DNA from: Candidatus Methylomirabilota bacterium
GTDB lineage: Bacteria; Methylomirabilota; Methylomirabilia; Rokubacteriales; CSP1-6
Length of the DNA: 55,603 nucleotides
Assembly (NCBI GenBank): GCA_046726415.1
Contig: JBKPAK010000069.1
Location: 1 to 55,603 of the forward strand
Direction: 5' to 3'
Shown: positions 9,627 to 19,481 of the stretch, piece by piece
How the letters are laid out: each line of letters opens with the position of its first letter
Numbering within the stretch: the first letter of the stretch is position 1
The notes under the pieces: generated by a model
The model's input: only the letters and a program-made list of their open reading frames with translations
The model's database searches: none
What the model was told of the DNA's origin: nothing
Made by a program: the position numbers and the translations under genes

Positions 9627-9914
9627 ACGCGCTCCTTCCACACACGGCGCGTCAGGGTGCGGCGTCGAATCCCCTCCCGAACCACCGCGGCACCGGGTTG
9701 ACCTCGTCTTTGGTGAACTCGGCCCACCAGACGAATGGTGACCGCGTGAGGCGGACGTTATAGCCGAGGTCATGCATGGACTCGACAACGTGACCCACGC
9801 CGGACCACGAGTCGAGCCAGCCGCGCAGCATGCCGCCTCGGGAACCGTGTCGGGCAGCTGGGCGGCGACGAGAGCTGTGGTGAGCAGGGAGCGGTCACGG
9901 GACTGATCCATCAT
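9620..9914 (-). pseudogene. Small hypothetical protein, frameshift plus nonsense codon
   Basis: Reconstruction: MMDQSRDRSLLTTALVAAQLPDTVPEA/MLRGWLDSWSGVGHVVESMHDLGYNVRLTRSPFVWWAEF..DAAP*RAV. Recalled (unverified) similarity to a WLDSWSG..PWRAV family of Rokubacteria hypothetical proteins. Confidence 0.5.
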
Positions 9915-9959
9915 TCAACCACCTGATCCGCCCGGAGCAGCAGCGACGGCGGCATGCTG

Positions 9960-11012
9960 CCTGATTGCGACATCGAAGTAGAACGCTTCGGGCATGAAAT
10001 AGACGGTGCAGCTGCTCGTGGGGCCGAGGCACACGATCGCCGTCAGAAGAGCGGCCAGGCCCAGGGGCAAGAAGCGCCGCGCCGTCGCCAGCATCGGCAG
10101 GACGGCGAAGGCGATCGCCGCCGCATTGAACAAGCGGGCACCGGCGAGCATGTCGGTCCTGGTGCCGACGAAATGCTGCATCAGCCCGAAGTACAACAGG
10201 CCCTGCATGTGCGGCGAGTTTTCGCTGACGTGGAAGCCGTGGCGTGTCTGGTAAGCGTAATCGAACTCGTCGCCAAACACGAACGGGATGGGCAGCACCA
10301 CAGCCCCGCTGAGGACCACTTATGCGACGAGCGCGATCGCGAGGGGAACGCCGAGCTCCTGGCTTCGGGCATAGGCGAGCCAGCCCGTGCCGGCGGCGCG
10401 AAGCCGTTCGACGATCGAGCGCAGCGGCAGAAAGGGGAAGAGCGCCAGCGCGAGGAGCGTCCCCAGGAGCGCCGCCGCCTTCACGGCCCAAGCATCGAGC
10501 TCTCGGACCTGAATCGACGACAGGCGCAAGCCCAACGCGGCGAAGTACCACGCGCGAAACAGCACGCCCTCGTCGCCGTGAGGGCGAGGCGTCGTCCAGA
10601 TCCAGCCGGAGATGCGGTGTCCCACCTGCCACGTGTCGACGCGCACGCGGGCGCCGTCCTTGGGCTCGTGGTCAGGCGCCGCGACATCGAAGGTCACGGC
10701 ACCGATGGCACCGTCGACGTCCTCGACCTTCGCCGAGAAGAAAAGCAGCGAGCGCTCACCTACGGCGAGCGGCCAGCGCTCAATCTTCCAGCTGTCCCTC
10801 GGCGAGTAGGGCAAGTCGACCTCGGCCGCCACCTCGTACTTGCGCATGCCGCTGAGCGCGATGTACGCGGCGACCGCGAAACCGACGGCCAACGCCAAGG
10901 AAATCACGCGATGCCAAGACCGCAATCGTGCTGCCACCGACGCAGTGCTGGTCGATCTGTCGTTGGGCGTCAAGAGTTCTCGATGACCATGAACCGCAAG
11001 CGGGCTACGCAA
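9960..11012 (-). pseudogene. Membrane protein with a GT-C (PMT/ArnT-like) glycosyltransferase segment; in-frame stop, truncated
   Basis: ORFs 10320-11012 and 9915-10319 are in one frame, separated by a single TAA. TM helices, FGDEFDY (DE motif) and MPEAFY follow. Start uncertain. Confidence 0.5.
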
Positions 11013-11087
11013 AGCCGGGCAAGCGCGATTGACGCGGCAGGGTGGACTTGTCTAACGCGCTGGCAAAGAGGATCCGCACATGCCCGA

Positions 11088-11498
11088 CACTCGCTCGCCC
11101 CGACGTGGTTCGACCCGGCCGAGCACCCGGGTACCATCACCCCATACATGATGCTGTACGCGCTCCGCGACGGCATGGTGAGGCCGATGCCCGGCAATGC
11201 CGCCACCCGTCTCGAGGCGTTCGTCGTGGACGGGGGGACGTACGTGTACGGCAGCTATCCCTATATCGATGGCCTCTTCAAGGAACAGGTGAACGAGCTC
11301 GATCGGAAGAAGCGGGAGGCGATCCTCCACCGGATGCAGCAACTCGTGCACGACAAGGCGATGTTCATCCCGATCGCCGAGACGACCTTCCTCACCGGCC
11401 ACGGCCCCCGGATCGAAGAATCGGCGGTCGGTCTCATCGCCGGCCAGACCTATTCCGCGCCCTATGAGGACGTGAAGCTCAAGCCCTCCCCGAGGTGA
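11088..11498 (+). pseudogene. Family-5 (peptide/nickel) ABC substrate-binding protein remnant with a large internal deletion
   Basis: N-terminal SLAPTWFDPAE..ITPYMMLYAL..PMPGN is joined in frame to C-terminal AATRLEAFV..LDRKKREAILHRMQQLVHD..YSAPYEDVKLK. Confidence 0.8.
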
Positions 11499-11502
11499 AC
11501 CA

Positions 11503-12287
11503 TTGAGATCCCACGATCCCTCCATCGTTCAGGTCGACCGACGGAAGTTCCTACGCCTCTCAGGCGCTGCCGCGACGGCGGGGCTCGCGTACAGCGTGGC
11601 CCCTGCGCTCGCCCAGAAACGCGAGCTGACGATGCTCTCCTTCAGCAGCTTCGTTCCCGCCTCTGACGAGGAGCTGCGGCGGCAGGCCGCGGCCTTCGGC
11701 AAGCAGGCCGGCATCGAGGTGCGCGTCGACACGATCTCCTCGCTCCAGCTTCCGGTCAAGCTCGCCGCCGAGGCCCAGTCGCAGTCGGGTCACGACATCG
11801 TGCGGACCTCGTCCGCCGATCCGTTCCTCTACGAGAGCCAGCTCGTCGACGTGGGGCGATGTCGTCGACAGGCTCGGCAAGCAGCACGGCGGTTGGTACG
11901 GCTTCGCCGCGGAATCGCGCCAGACCAGCTCGGGCTGGCGTTCCGTTCCGTGGCACTGGAACTCCTTCCCGGCCAACTACAACACGGCTCAGTTCCAGAA
12001 GGCCGGGCTCGAGCCCCCGAAGACCTGGGCGGAGCTCCTCAAGCACGGGAAGATCCTCAAGGCTCAGGGCCACCCCGTCGGCATTGCCATCAGCCACGCC
12101 AACGACGCCAACACCACATTCACGTCGGTGCTCTGGTGTTACGGCGGCAAGGTGTTCGAGGCCGACGGCAAGACCCCGGCCATCAACTCCGAGAAGACCG
12201 GGCAGGTGATCGAGTGGTACAAGGAGCTCTACCGGGATGCCATGGAGCCCGAGGTCCCTCTCCTGGGACGACGCCTCCAACAACCGT
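11503..12287 (+). pseudogene. Tat-exported family-1 ABC substrate-binding protein, frameshifted and truncated
   Basis: Tat signal DRRKFL..ALA; PKTWAELL and SWDDASNNR motifs. Extra G near 11853-11856, extra C near 12256-12258; ends at about 12287. Confidence 0.8.
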
Positions 12288-12585
12288 AGCCCACCTCCGT
12301 CAGCTGTCCGACGCGCGCGTGGGCGACCTCGCGGTGCTGGGCTTCTGCATGGGGGGTCGAATCACATACCTGCTCGCGGGCGCGCGACCGGCGAGCTGGC
12401 GGGCGGCCGGTGTCTTCGGATCGACGCCGAGCTGACGCGCCATGGCCAAGGGCACGAGTTCCAACGCTACGAGGGCGCCGGCCACGCCTTCCTGGACTTC
12501 ACCAACCTTGAGCGCTATCAGGCGGCGCAGGGCAAGGACGCGTGGGAGAAGATGCTGGGCTTCCTGGACCGTCAGGTGAAGGAGG
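12283..12585 (+). pseudogene. Dienelactone hydrolase family remnant (two joined fragments)
   Basis: LGFCMGGRITYLLA (nucleophile elbow) and, in another frame, HEFQRYEGAGHAF..AWEKMLGFL. The middle and the N-terminus are missing. Confidence 0.8.
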
Positions 12586-12858
12586 TCAGTACAGCTGGGC
12601 GTGGCTCTGCGACCAGAGCCTCATCGACGTGACCGACCTCGCCACCGAGCTGGGCACCAAGCTCCCCGCGACCTGCGCAGGGGCCCACGCCCGATCCGGT
12701 AGCCGCCTTCCAACCGCCGCGCGATATCATCGAGGCGCACGCCAGCGAAGGCGTCGCCGCCGCCGTCCCGCTCGCACGACTCGCCGCAGGTGCTTTCTGC
12801 GTCACGCGCGATGGTGGCGAGACTGGCCGGGATCATGGACGCACAGGGGGCGCAGACC

Positions 12859-13857
12859 ATGAGAAAGGTGCGCGCAGTCGCCCGCGCTGTCCTCGCGCTG
12901 GTGATCATCAACGCCATCGCGCCAGGTTCGGTCTGGGCCCAGGAATTCGTCCCGGCGGTCGTGTTCGACATGGGCGGGAAGTTCGACAAGTCCTTCAACG
13001 AGTCGGCCTACAACGGGGCCGAGCGCTTCAAGAAGGAGACGGGGGTCGCGTATCGCGACTTCGAAGTGACCAACGAGGCCCAGCGGGAGCAGGCGTTGCG
13101 CAACATGGCCCGACGCGGCGCCCACGTCGTCGTCGGAATCGGCTTCGCACAGGCCTCCGGCATGGAGAAGGTCGCCAAGGAATTCCCCAAGCTGAAGTTC
13201 ACCATCGTCGACGCCGTCGTGAACTTGCCCAACGTCCAGTCGATCGTCTTCAAGGAGCACGAGGGGTCCTTCCTCGTCGGCATGGCGGCGGCCATGGCCT
13301 CCAAAACGGGCAAGATCGGATTCGTGGGCGGGATGGACATTCCGTTGATCCGCAAATTCGCCCTGGGCTACGAAGAGGGGGCGAAATACGTCAATCCCAA
13401 GATCGAGATCTTCCAGAACATGACGGGAACGACCCCCGCCGCCTGGAACGACCCCACCCGCGGCGGCGAGCTGGCCCGGAGTCAATTCGACCGTGGCGCC
13501 GATGTGATCTACGCCGCCGCCGGCGCGACGGGACTGGGGGTGTTGCAAGCGGCCAAGGACAAGGGCCGCCTCGCCATCGGGGTCGACAGCAACCAGAATC
13601 ACCTGCAGCCGGGCGCGGTCCTGACTTCGATGGTGAAGCGGGTCGACCTCGCGGTGTACGAGTCGTTGAAGACCGCAAAGGACGGGAGCTGGAAACCCGG
13701 CCCGCGCTCTCTCGGCGTCGCCGAGGGCGGCGTGGGTTACGCTCTGGATCAGAACAACCGGAGCCTCATCACCCCGGAGATGGAGCGGCGGCTCGAGCAG
13801 GCCCGCGCCGACATCGTGGCCGGCAAGATCAAGGTCACCGACTACATGGCGAGGTGA
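12859..13857 (+). CDS. BMP-family ABC substrate-binding protein (nucleoside uptake)
   Basis: Motifs GGKFDKSFNESAY, FKEHEGSFLVG, AAAGATGLG, IGVDSNQ and TSMVKRVD; N-terminal signal peptide. Confidence 0.93.
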   Translation: MRKVRAVARAVLALVIINAIAPGSVWAQEFVPAVVFDMGGKFDKSFNESAYNGAERFKKETGVAYRDFEVTNEAQREQALRNMARRGAHVVVGIGFAQASGMEKVAKEFPKLKFTIVDAVVNLPNVQSIVFKEHEGSFLVGMAAAMASKTGKIGFVGGMDIPLIRKFALGYEEGAKYVNPKIEIFQNMTGTTPAAWNDPTRGGELARSQFDRGADVIYAAAGATGLGVLQAAKDKGRLAIGVDSNQNHLQPGAVLTSMVKRVDLAVYESLKTAKDGSWKPGPRSLGVAEGGVGYALDQNNRSLITPEMERRLEQARADIVAGKIKVTDYMAR

Positions 13858-13873
13858 CGCGGAGGGCGAGACG

Positions 13874-15406
13874 GTGGAGCCAGAGCCGGTCATCGAGCTG
13901 CGGGGTATCGACAAGTGGTTTGGCGAGGTGCACGCCAACCGCGACATTTCGCTGGCCATCGGCGCGGGCACCATCCACGGCATCGTCGGCGAGAATGGCG
14001 CCGGCAAATCGACCCTCATGAGCATCCTGTATGGCTACTACCAGCCGGACCGGGGCGAGATCCGCGTGCGGGGCCGGCCGGTCGCGATCGAGAACCCCCA
14101 GGCCGCCCTGGCGGCGGGGATCGGCATGGTGCATCAACACTTCATGCTGGTGGAGCCGTTCAGCGTGCTGGAAAACGTCGTACTCGGCGTGGAGGGAGGG
14201 TTCAGGCTTGGCGCGGGTCTGGCGCGGGCCCGGGATGCGCTGCTGCGGCTCGGGAAGATGTACCACCTTGAGGTGCTCCCCGACGCGCGGGTGGAGAACC
14301 TGGGCGTGGGCCACCGGCAACGCGTGGAGATCCTCAAGGCGCTCTACCGGGGCGCCCGCGTCCTGATCCTCGACGAGCCGACCGCCGTCCTCACACCCCA
14401 GGAAGCCGACCATCTGTTCCGGATCCTGCGCGCGCTGCGCGGCGAGGGCAAGACCGTCGTCCTCATCACGCACAAGCTGCGCGAGATCCGCGAGGTCACC
14501 GACGTCGTCACGGTGATGCGCCAGGGGCGAGTCGTCGCGAGCCTTCCCACGGCCGAGACCACGCCGGAGCAGCTCGCCGAGCTGATGGTGGGTCGCAAGG
14601 TGAGCCTGCGCGTCCCGAAGGAGCCGGGCCGTCCCGGCGAGCCGGTGCTCGAGGTGAGCGAGCTCGTGGTGGAGGACGGCCTGGGGGTGGAGCGCGTCAA
14701 GGGCGTCAGCTTCGCGGTGCGAGCAGGCGAGATCCTGGGCGTGGTCGGCGTCACCGGTAATGGCCAGTCGGAGCTTCTCGAGGCCCTGGCCGGCATCCGC
14801 CCAGTGAAGTCGGGACACATCCGATGGAGAGCGCGGGACCTCAGCGACGAGGACGCGCGATCGCCGCGCCGTCTGCGACGCCTCGGGCTTTCGCACGTGC
14901 CGGAGGACCGACAGCGGATGGGCCTCGTCATGCCCTTCGCCGCTCGGGAGAGCGCCATCCTGGGATACCACGGCGAGGCGACGTACAACGGGCTGTTCCA
15001 ACTCCACCAGGCCGCCGTGGCATCGAGCTTCTGCCGGCAGGCGGCGGAGTACGACGTCCGGCCTGCGGACGGCGCTCGGCCAACCTCGGCCTTTTCGGGC
15101 GGCAACCAGCAGAAGATCGTGCTGGCCCGCGAACTGGACCGTCACCCCGATCTCCTCCTGGTCGGGCAGCCGACCCGGGGCGTCGACATCGGGGCGATCG
15201 AGTTCATCCACCGCCGCCTGGTGGCGCTCCGAGACGCGGGAAAGGGCGTGCTCCTCGTTTCAGCAGAGCTGGACGAGATTCTCGCCCTGGCCGATCGCAT
15301 CGTCGTGATGCACGCTGGGCACCTCGTCGGGGAAATATCACCGGCCGCGGCCACCGAGCAGACGATCGGGCTGATGATGGCGGGCGTGCCGGCGGGGCCA
15401 GGGTGA
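13874..15406 (+). CDS. Nucleoside/sugar ABC transporter ATP-binding protein (tandem NBD, NupA/YufO type)
   Basis: Motifs GENGAGKSTLM, GMVHQHFML, LDEPT, HVPEDR, FSGGNQQK and GQPTRGVDIGA. Confidence 0.93.
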   Translation: MEPEPVIELRGIDKWFGEVHANRDISLAIGAGTIHGIVGENGAGKSTLMSILYGYYQPDRGEIRVRGRPVAIENPQAALAAGIGMVHQHFMLVEPFSVLENVVLGVEGGFRLGAGLARARDALLRLGKMYHLEVLPDARVENLGVGHRQRVEILKALYRGARVLILDEPTAVLTPQEADHLFRILRALRGEGKTVVLITHKLREIREVTDVVTVMRQGRVVASLPTAETTPEQLAELMVGRKVSLRVPKEPGRPGEPVLEVSELVVEDGLGVERVKGVSFAVRAGEILGVVGVTGNGQSELLEALAGIRPVKSGHIRWRARDLSDEDARSPRRLRRLGLSHVPEDRQRMGLVMPFAARESAILGYHGEATYNGLFQLHQAAVASSFCRQAAEYDVRPADGARPTSAFSGGNQQKIVLARELDRHPDLLLVGQPTRGVDIGAIEFIHRRLVALRDAGKGVLLVSAELDEILALADRIVVMHAGHLVGEISPAAATEQTIGLMMAGVPAGPG

Positions 15407-15524
15407 TGAGTGCGTCGGGGCGAGCTGCCAAGTCGCGCGGCCACACGCGAAGGGGCAGGACATCGCCGAGCGATCGTACCGAGGCTCGGCTCAACGAGCC
15501 GCAACATGGCTGAAGCGCCGGCCG

Positions 15525-15585
15525 GATGAAGCGGCCCTCGCCGACGCGAGCCCCATGATGAAGCGGCCCTCGCCGACGCGAGCCC
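15525..15585. repeat. Perfect 29-bp direct repeat x2 (32-bp period)
   Basis: GATGAAGCGGCCCTCGCCGACGCGAGCCC at 15525-15553 and 15557-15585, separated by CAT. Confidence 0.9.
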
Positions 15586-15611
15586 TGTTCAGATGAATCG
15601 CGTCGGCGCTC

Positions 15612-16676
15612 TCAGCCGAACCGCGTTATCACGTGCTGGCCGAAGCGCCGCATCGACTCCATGATGGCGGCGTGCGGCAGGTAGCCGCAGCTCATCTGGC
15701 ACAGCACGTGACGCGCGCCGGCGTCGCGTAGCTCGGCCACCTGCTCGGCGACGCGCTCGGCCGTTCCGTAGAGCGCGGCGGTCTGGAGCGAGTAGCGCAC
15801 GCCATCCTCGTCGGAAACCCGCGGATCGTTCCACGGATTGACCCGGGCGGGATCGAGCCGGAAATCGGCCGGATTGTGGGTGGCCCGCGCGTGGACCATG
15901 TGGTGGCGCGTCTTTCGGAGCGCTGCCGCCAGCTCGTCCTCGGCTTGGGCCTGGCTCTCCGCGACGTGGGCAAAACGCCAGACGGCCGCCTGTTCGCGCA
16001 GCCCCTGCTGCGCCGCCGCGCTGAGGCCGCTCTCGGCGAGCCCGGCCTCGTAGAGCGCGAGCCGCTCAGGAACGCGGGCCAGGGGGATGCGCGCCATCAA
16101 GAGCGGCGCGCGCCGCCGGCCATACTCGCGGACCGAGCCCGCTGACGACGCGCTGTACCAGATCGGCGGGTGTGGCCGCTGCCGCGGGCGCGGCCGAAGC
16201 TCGGGCAACCGGAGCTGGTAGAACTTCCCTTCGTGGACGAGCGGCGCCTCCGTCCAGGCGCGAACCATGATCTCGAGCGTCTCGTCCATCCGCTCCCGGC
16301 TGTCGTCGCTGCGCAACCCGTACCCCACGAACTCGTACTCGTTGTAGTTGGTCCCGTGCCCCACGCCGACATCGAGGCGGCCGCCCGAGAGGTTGTCCAG
16401 GAGCGCCAGTTCCGTGGCGAGGCGGATCGGATGGCGCAGAGCGAGCTGGAGCACGGCGAAGCCAATCCGGATCCGCGAGGTGCGCGCCGCCACCACGCTG
16501 GCGAGCGGAATGGGATCGCAGTACACGCTCTCGCCCGTGAAGTTGTGCTCGGTCAGCCAGATGCCGTCGAAGCCGGCCGTCTCCGCGAAGCACGCCTGGG
16601 CAACCACGTCGTGAATCGCCGCGAAATCTCCCTCGGCCGACTCCGAGAGGCCCAGGGTCAACCAGCCGAATCGCAT
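15612..16676 (-). CDS. LLM-class flavin-dependent oxidoreductase
   Basis: Motifs GFDGIWLTEHNF, RIRIGFAV, HPIRLATELALLDNLSGGRLDVGVG and PRPRQRPHPPIW. Confidence 0.92.
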   Translation of the reverse strand: MRFGWLTLGLSESAEGDFAAIHDVVAQACFAETAGFDGIWLTEHNFTGESVYCDPIPLASVVAARTSRIRIGFAVLQLALRHPIRLATELALLDNLSGGRLDVGVGHGTNYNEYEFVGYGLRSDDSRERMDETLEIMVRAWTEAPLVHEGKFYQLRLPELRPRPRQRPHPPIWYSASSAGSVREYGRRRAPLLMARIPLARVPERLALYEAGLAESGLSAAAQQGLREQAAVWRFAHVAESQAQAEDELAAALRKTRHHMVHARATHNPADFRLDPARVNPWNDPRVSDEDGVRYSLQTAALYGTAERVAEQVAELRDAGARHVLCQMSCGYLPHAAIMESMRRFGQHVITRFG

Positions 16677-16691
16677 CGTCTCGATCCTCGC

Positions 16692-17702
16692 TCAGGAGCA
16701 GTACGGCAACACGCGGTCGCCGAACAGCTTGATGGCGTGCATGATCTTGTCGTGGGCCGGCCCCCCAGAGTGGGCATGGCGCAGGCGGAGGAGACAGTAG
16801 CTCGCCCCCGTGGCCTCCTGCCAGCGGCGGAACTCGCGCACGCACGTCTGGGGATCGCCGAGGATGAGGCGATCGGGGGCGAGATTGTCCAGGGTGAACT
16901 CCGTGTCGGCCGGGATATTGCGGAATTCCGCCAGGCGGTTCTGCCAGTAATACTGGTAGGCGACCATGACCTCCGGTCCGTACACCGCCTCGGCTTCGGC
17001 TCGGGTGGCCGCGACCCAGGCATCGCGCATGAGGACCACCTGGGGCGGCCGCCCGGCCAGCCGGGCCGCTTGCGTGTAAGCGTCAGCCAGGCTCCGCGTG
17101 TTCTCCAGATTGGTGCTGGGTGTGCCCACAAAGGCGTCGGCGAGGCGGCCGGCCCGGCGCGCGGCCGCTGGGACACTGCCGCCGATCCACAGCGGCGGCG
17201 ACGGCTGCTGGAACGGGCGCGGCCGGATCTGCACATCGTCGAGCGCGTAGTGCCGTCCCTTGAAGGAGAACGCTTCCCCCGTCCAGCACTGGCGCATGAT
17301 CTCCACACCTTCCTCGAAGAGTGCCAGGCGATGCTCCATCGGCACGGCGAAGGCGCGAAAGTCGGCCGGCTGATAGCCGATGCCCACCCCCAGGATGACG
17401 CGCCCCTTGGAGACGATGTCGAGCGTAATCACGTCCTCGGCCACGCGAACCGGATGGTGCAACGGCAGCAGGATGACAGAAGTCCCCACGCGCAAGCGGC
17501 TCGTGCGAGCGGCCACCGCGGTGGCCACGATGAGCGGCGAGGGCAGGAACCCGTCCTTGTCCTGATGGTGCTCGCCGAAGAAACAGGAATCGAAGCCGCT
17601 CGCCTCGGCCAGTTGCGCTTCGGCGATGACTTCGTCCACACATCGGTCCAGATGCTCACCCCGCGGGGGGCTGGCGATCGAGCTATAGAGACCGAACTTC
17701 AC
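16692..17702 (-). CDS. LLM-class flavin-dependent oxidoreductase
   Basis: GTG start with AAGGAGG RBS; motifs GFDSCFFGEHH, HPVRVAED..LDIVSKGRVILGVGIGY and PRPFQQPSPPLWIGG. Confidence 0.92.
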   Translation of the reverse strand: MKFGLYSSIASPPRGEHLDRCVDEVIAEAQLAEASGFDSCFFGEHHQDKDGFLPSPLIVATAVAARTSRLRVGTSVILLPLHHPVRVAEDVITLDIVSKGRVILGVGIGYQPADFRAFAVPMEHRLALFEEGVEIMRQCWTGEAFSFKGRHYALDDVQIRPRPFQQPSPPLWIGGSVPAAARRAGRLADAFVGTPSTNLENTRSLADAYTQAARLAGRPPQVVLMRDAWVAATRAEAEAVYGPEVMVAYQYYWQNRLAEFRNIPADTEFTLDNLAPDRLILGDPQTCVREFRRWQEATGASYCLLRLRHAHSGGPAHDKIMHAIKLFGDRVLPYCS

Positions 17703-17764
17703 GAGGCACCTCCTTGCCAGCGCTGAGCCACTATGGACGTCCGCTCGAACCCGGTCAAGGCTCG

Positions 17765-17902
17765 CGCCGGCCCATGCTGGCGCGGATCTGGAATGACGCA
17801 GGGGTTTACGGCCTCGGCGAGGCGAACCCGATGGTGCATGGCAACGCCTCGCTCGAGATCATGGCCACCATCCCCTGGGCGTCGTCGGCCGCGAAGGCGT
17901 GA
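17765..17902 (+). pseudogene. Short fragment resembling the N-terminus of a mandelate racemase/enolase-superfamily protein
   Basis: RPMLARIWNDAGVYGLGEANP fits the VRIxTDxGxxGxGE pattern; no continuation. Confidence 0.45.
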
Positions 17903-17990
17903 TCACCGCGTGGGTCTTGATGTCATGGGAAAGGACCGCGCCGCGCGGACCCGACACGCTGACGGTGATCCGAAGGGCGGCAGAGTCCAG

Positions 17991-17999
17991 TGGTATCTT
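17991..17999 (+). promoter_or_regulatory. Extended -10 box of a probable leaderless transcript
   Basis: TGG-TATCTT, 6 nt, then ATG 18006; no SD. Confidence 0.5.
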
Positions 18000-18005
18000 C
18001 GCTCC

Positions 18006-19472
18006 ATGACCGACTGGACCGCGTTCGATCAATTGCTCGCGTCTCGCCGCCGCTCCATTGTCGAAGGCTTCACCGCCTTCCTCCGTCTCAACTCCGTCAG
18101 TCAGGAGCCAGACAAGGTTCGCGCCACCGGCGAGTGGTTGGCGGCCGCCATGCAGGCGCGCGGCCTCCATGGGCGCGTCCTCGAGACCGGCGGCAACCCG
18201 GCGGTGTTCGGCGAGCGCCGCATGCCGGGCGCCACGCGCACCGTGCTCATCTACTGCCACTACGACACCAAGCCCATTCCGCCGAAGGGCTGGCTGCAGC
18301 CGAACCCGATCGAACCCGTCTTCCGCCGTGGGCTCGCCGAGGCGGGGGCTCCACCCCTCGAACTCAGCGGCGTCGGCGACGACGAGCTGGACGGCCTCCT
18401 GCTCCATGCGCGTGGGGCCTCCGACGACAAGGGGCCGATCTGGTGTCATCTCAACGCGCTGGAGCTGATGGACGCGTCGGGGCTGGCGCCGGCGGTCAAC
18501 GTAAAGTTCATCTTCGACGGTGAGGAAGAGATCGGCAGCCCATTCTTCGGCCCCTTCACCGAGGCGCATCGCGATCTGCTCGCCGCCGACGTGGTCATCG
18601 TGACCGACGGTCCCAAGCATGCGAGCGGGCGCCCCACCATCACCGGGGGCGCGCGCGGCGTGATGAAAATCGAGCTGGTCATCGAGGGGGCCCGGCGCGA
18701 CCTGCATTCGGGCAACTTCGCCGTCTTCAACCCGGCGTGGAAGCTCAACGGGCTGCTCGCCTCCATGGCGACCCCAGACGGGGAGCCGCTCATCGAAGGC
18801 TTCGAGGAAGACGTGGTCAGGCCGACGCCGGCCGAACGCCAGATGATGGCGGAGATTCCCCTCGATCTACCGGCCCTCGAGAAGGAGCTCGGCGTCCGCC
18901 TGCCTGACGACTATCTCGACCGCATCATGTTTCACCCGACCTTGACCATCCGCGGGCTCTCCAGCGGATTCGTCGGCGCCGAGGCCAACACCATCATCCC
19001 CCATCGCGCCACGGTGGCCATCGACATCCGGATGGTGAAGAACCAGCGGTGGGACAAAGTCTACCGGCGGCTCATCGACCACATCCGCGGGCAGGGAATG
19101 ACCGTTCTCGAGGGGCCCGACGCCCCGCTGTCCGACGAGCTGCGCGGACGCGCCATCCGCGTGGTCGACAAGGGCGGATACGACCCGGCCAAGACACCGC
19201 TCGATTTGCCCATCAGCCGCCAGATCACCGCGGCCATCGAGCGAGCCCACCGCGGTGAGCGCGCGGTGCTCATGCCGACGCTCGGCGGCAGCGTGCCGAT
19301 CTGGGCCTTCACCGATATCTTGCAGCTGCCGACCTTGCTGGTGCCCTACGCCAACGCGAACAACCGCCAACACAGCCCCAACGAACACTTGAGGCTTGAT
19401 CATCTCTTCCAGGGCGTGCGCACGACGGCCCAGCTCCTGACCGACCTGGAGCCGGCATCACCACGGTCATAG
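18006..19472 (+). CDS. M20/M25/M40 family metallo-hydrolase
   Basis: Motifs YCHYDT, RGASDDKG, DGEEEIGS, DLHSGNF and QHSPNEH. Start moved to ATG 18006. Confidence 0.92.
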   Translation: MTDWTAFDQLLASRRRSIVEGFTAFLRLNSVSQEPDKVRATGEWLAAAMQARGLHGRVLETGGNPAVFGERRMPGATRTVLIYCHYDTKPIPPKGWLQPNPIEPVFRRGLAEAGAPPLELSGVGDDELDGLLLHARGASDDKGPIWCHLNALELMDASGLAPAVNVKFIFDGEEEIGSPFFGPFTEAHRDLLAADVVIVTDGPKHASGRPTITGGARGVMKIELVIEGARRDLHSGNFAVFNPAWKLNGLLASMATPDGEPLIEGFEEDVVRPTPAERQMMAEIPLDLPALEKELGVRLPDDYLDRIMFHPTLTIRGLSSGFVGAEANTIIPHRATVAIDIRMVKNQRWDKVYRRLIDHIRGQGMTVLEGPDAPLSDELRGRAIRVVDKGGYDPAKTPLDLPISRQITAAIERAHRGERAVLMPTLGGSVPIWAFTDILQLPTLLVPYANANNRQHSPNEHLRLDHLFQGVRTTAQLLTDLEPASPRS

Positions 19473-19481
19473 CCGGTCCGC

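Noticed and set aside
7178..9660. TGA read as Trp or Sec (in-frame TGA in two remnants)
   Set aside because: TGA is the normal stop of most intact genes here, and both cases are in otherwise broken genes.
9954..11498. 514-aa plus-strand ORF as a real protein
   Set aside because: It is antisense to the GT-C remnant and merely runs in frame into the SBP remnant.
15525..15585. 29-bp direct repeat as a CRISPR array
   Set aside because: Only two copies with a 3-nt spacer, and no cas genes.
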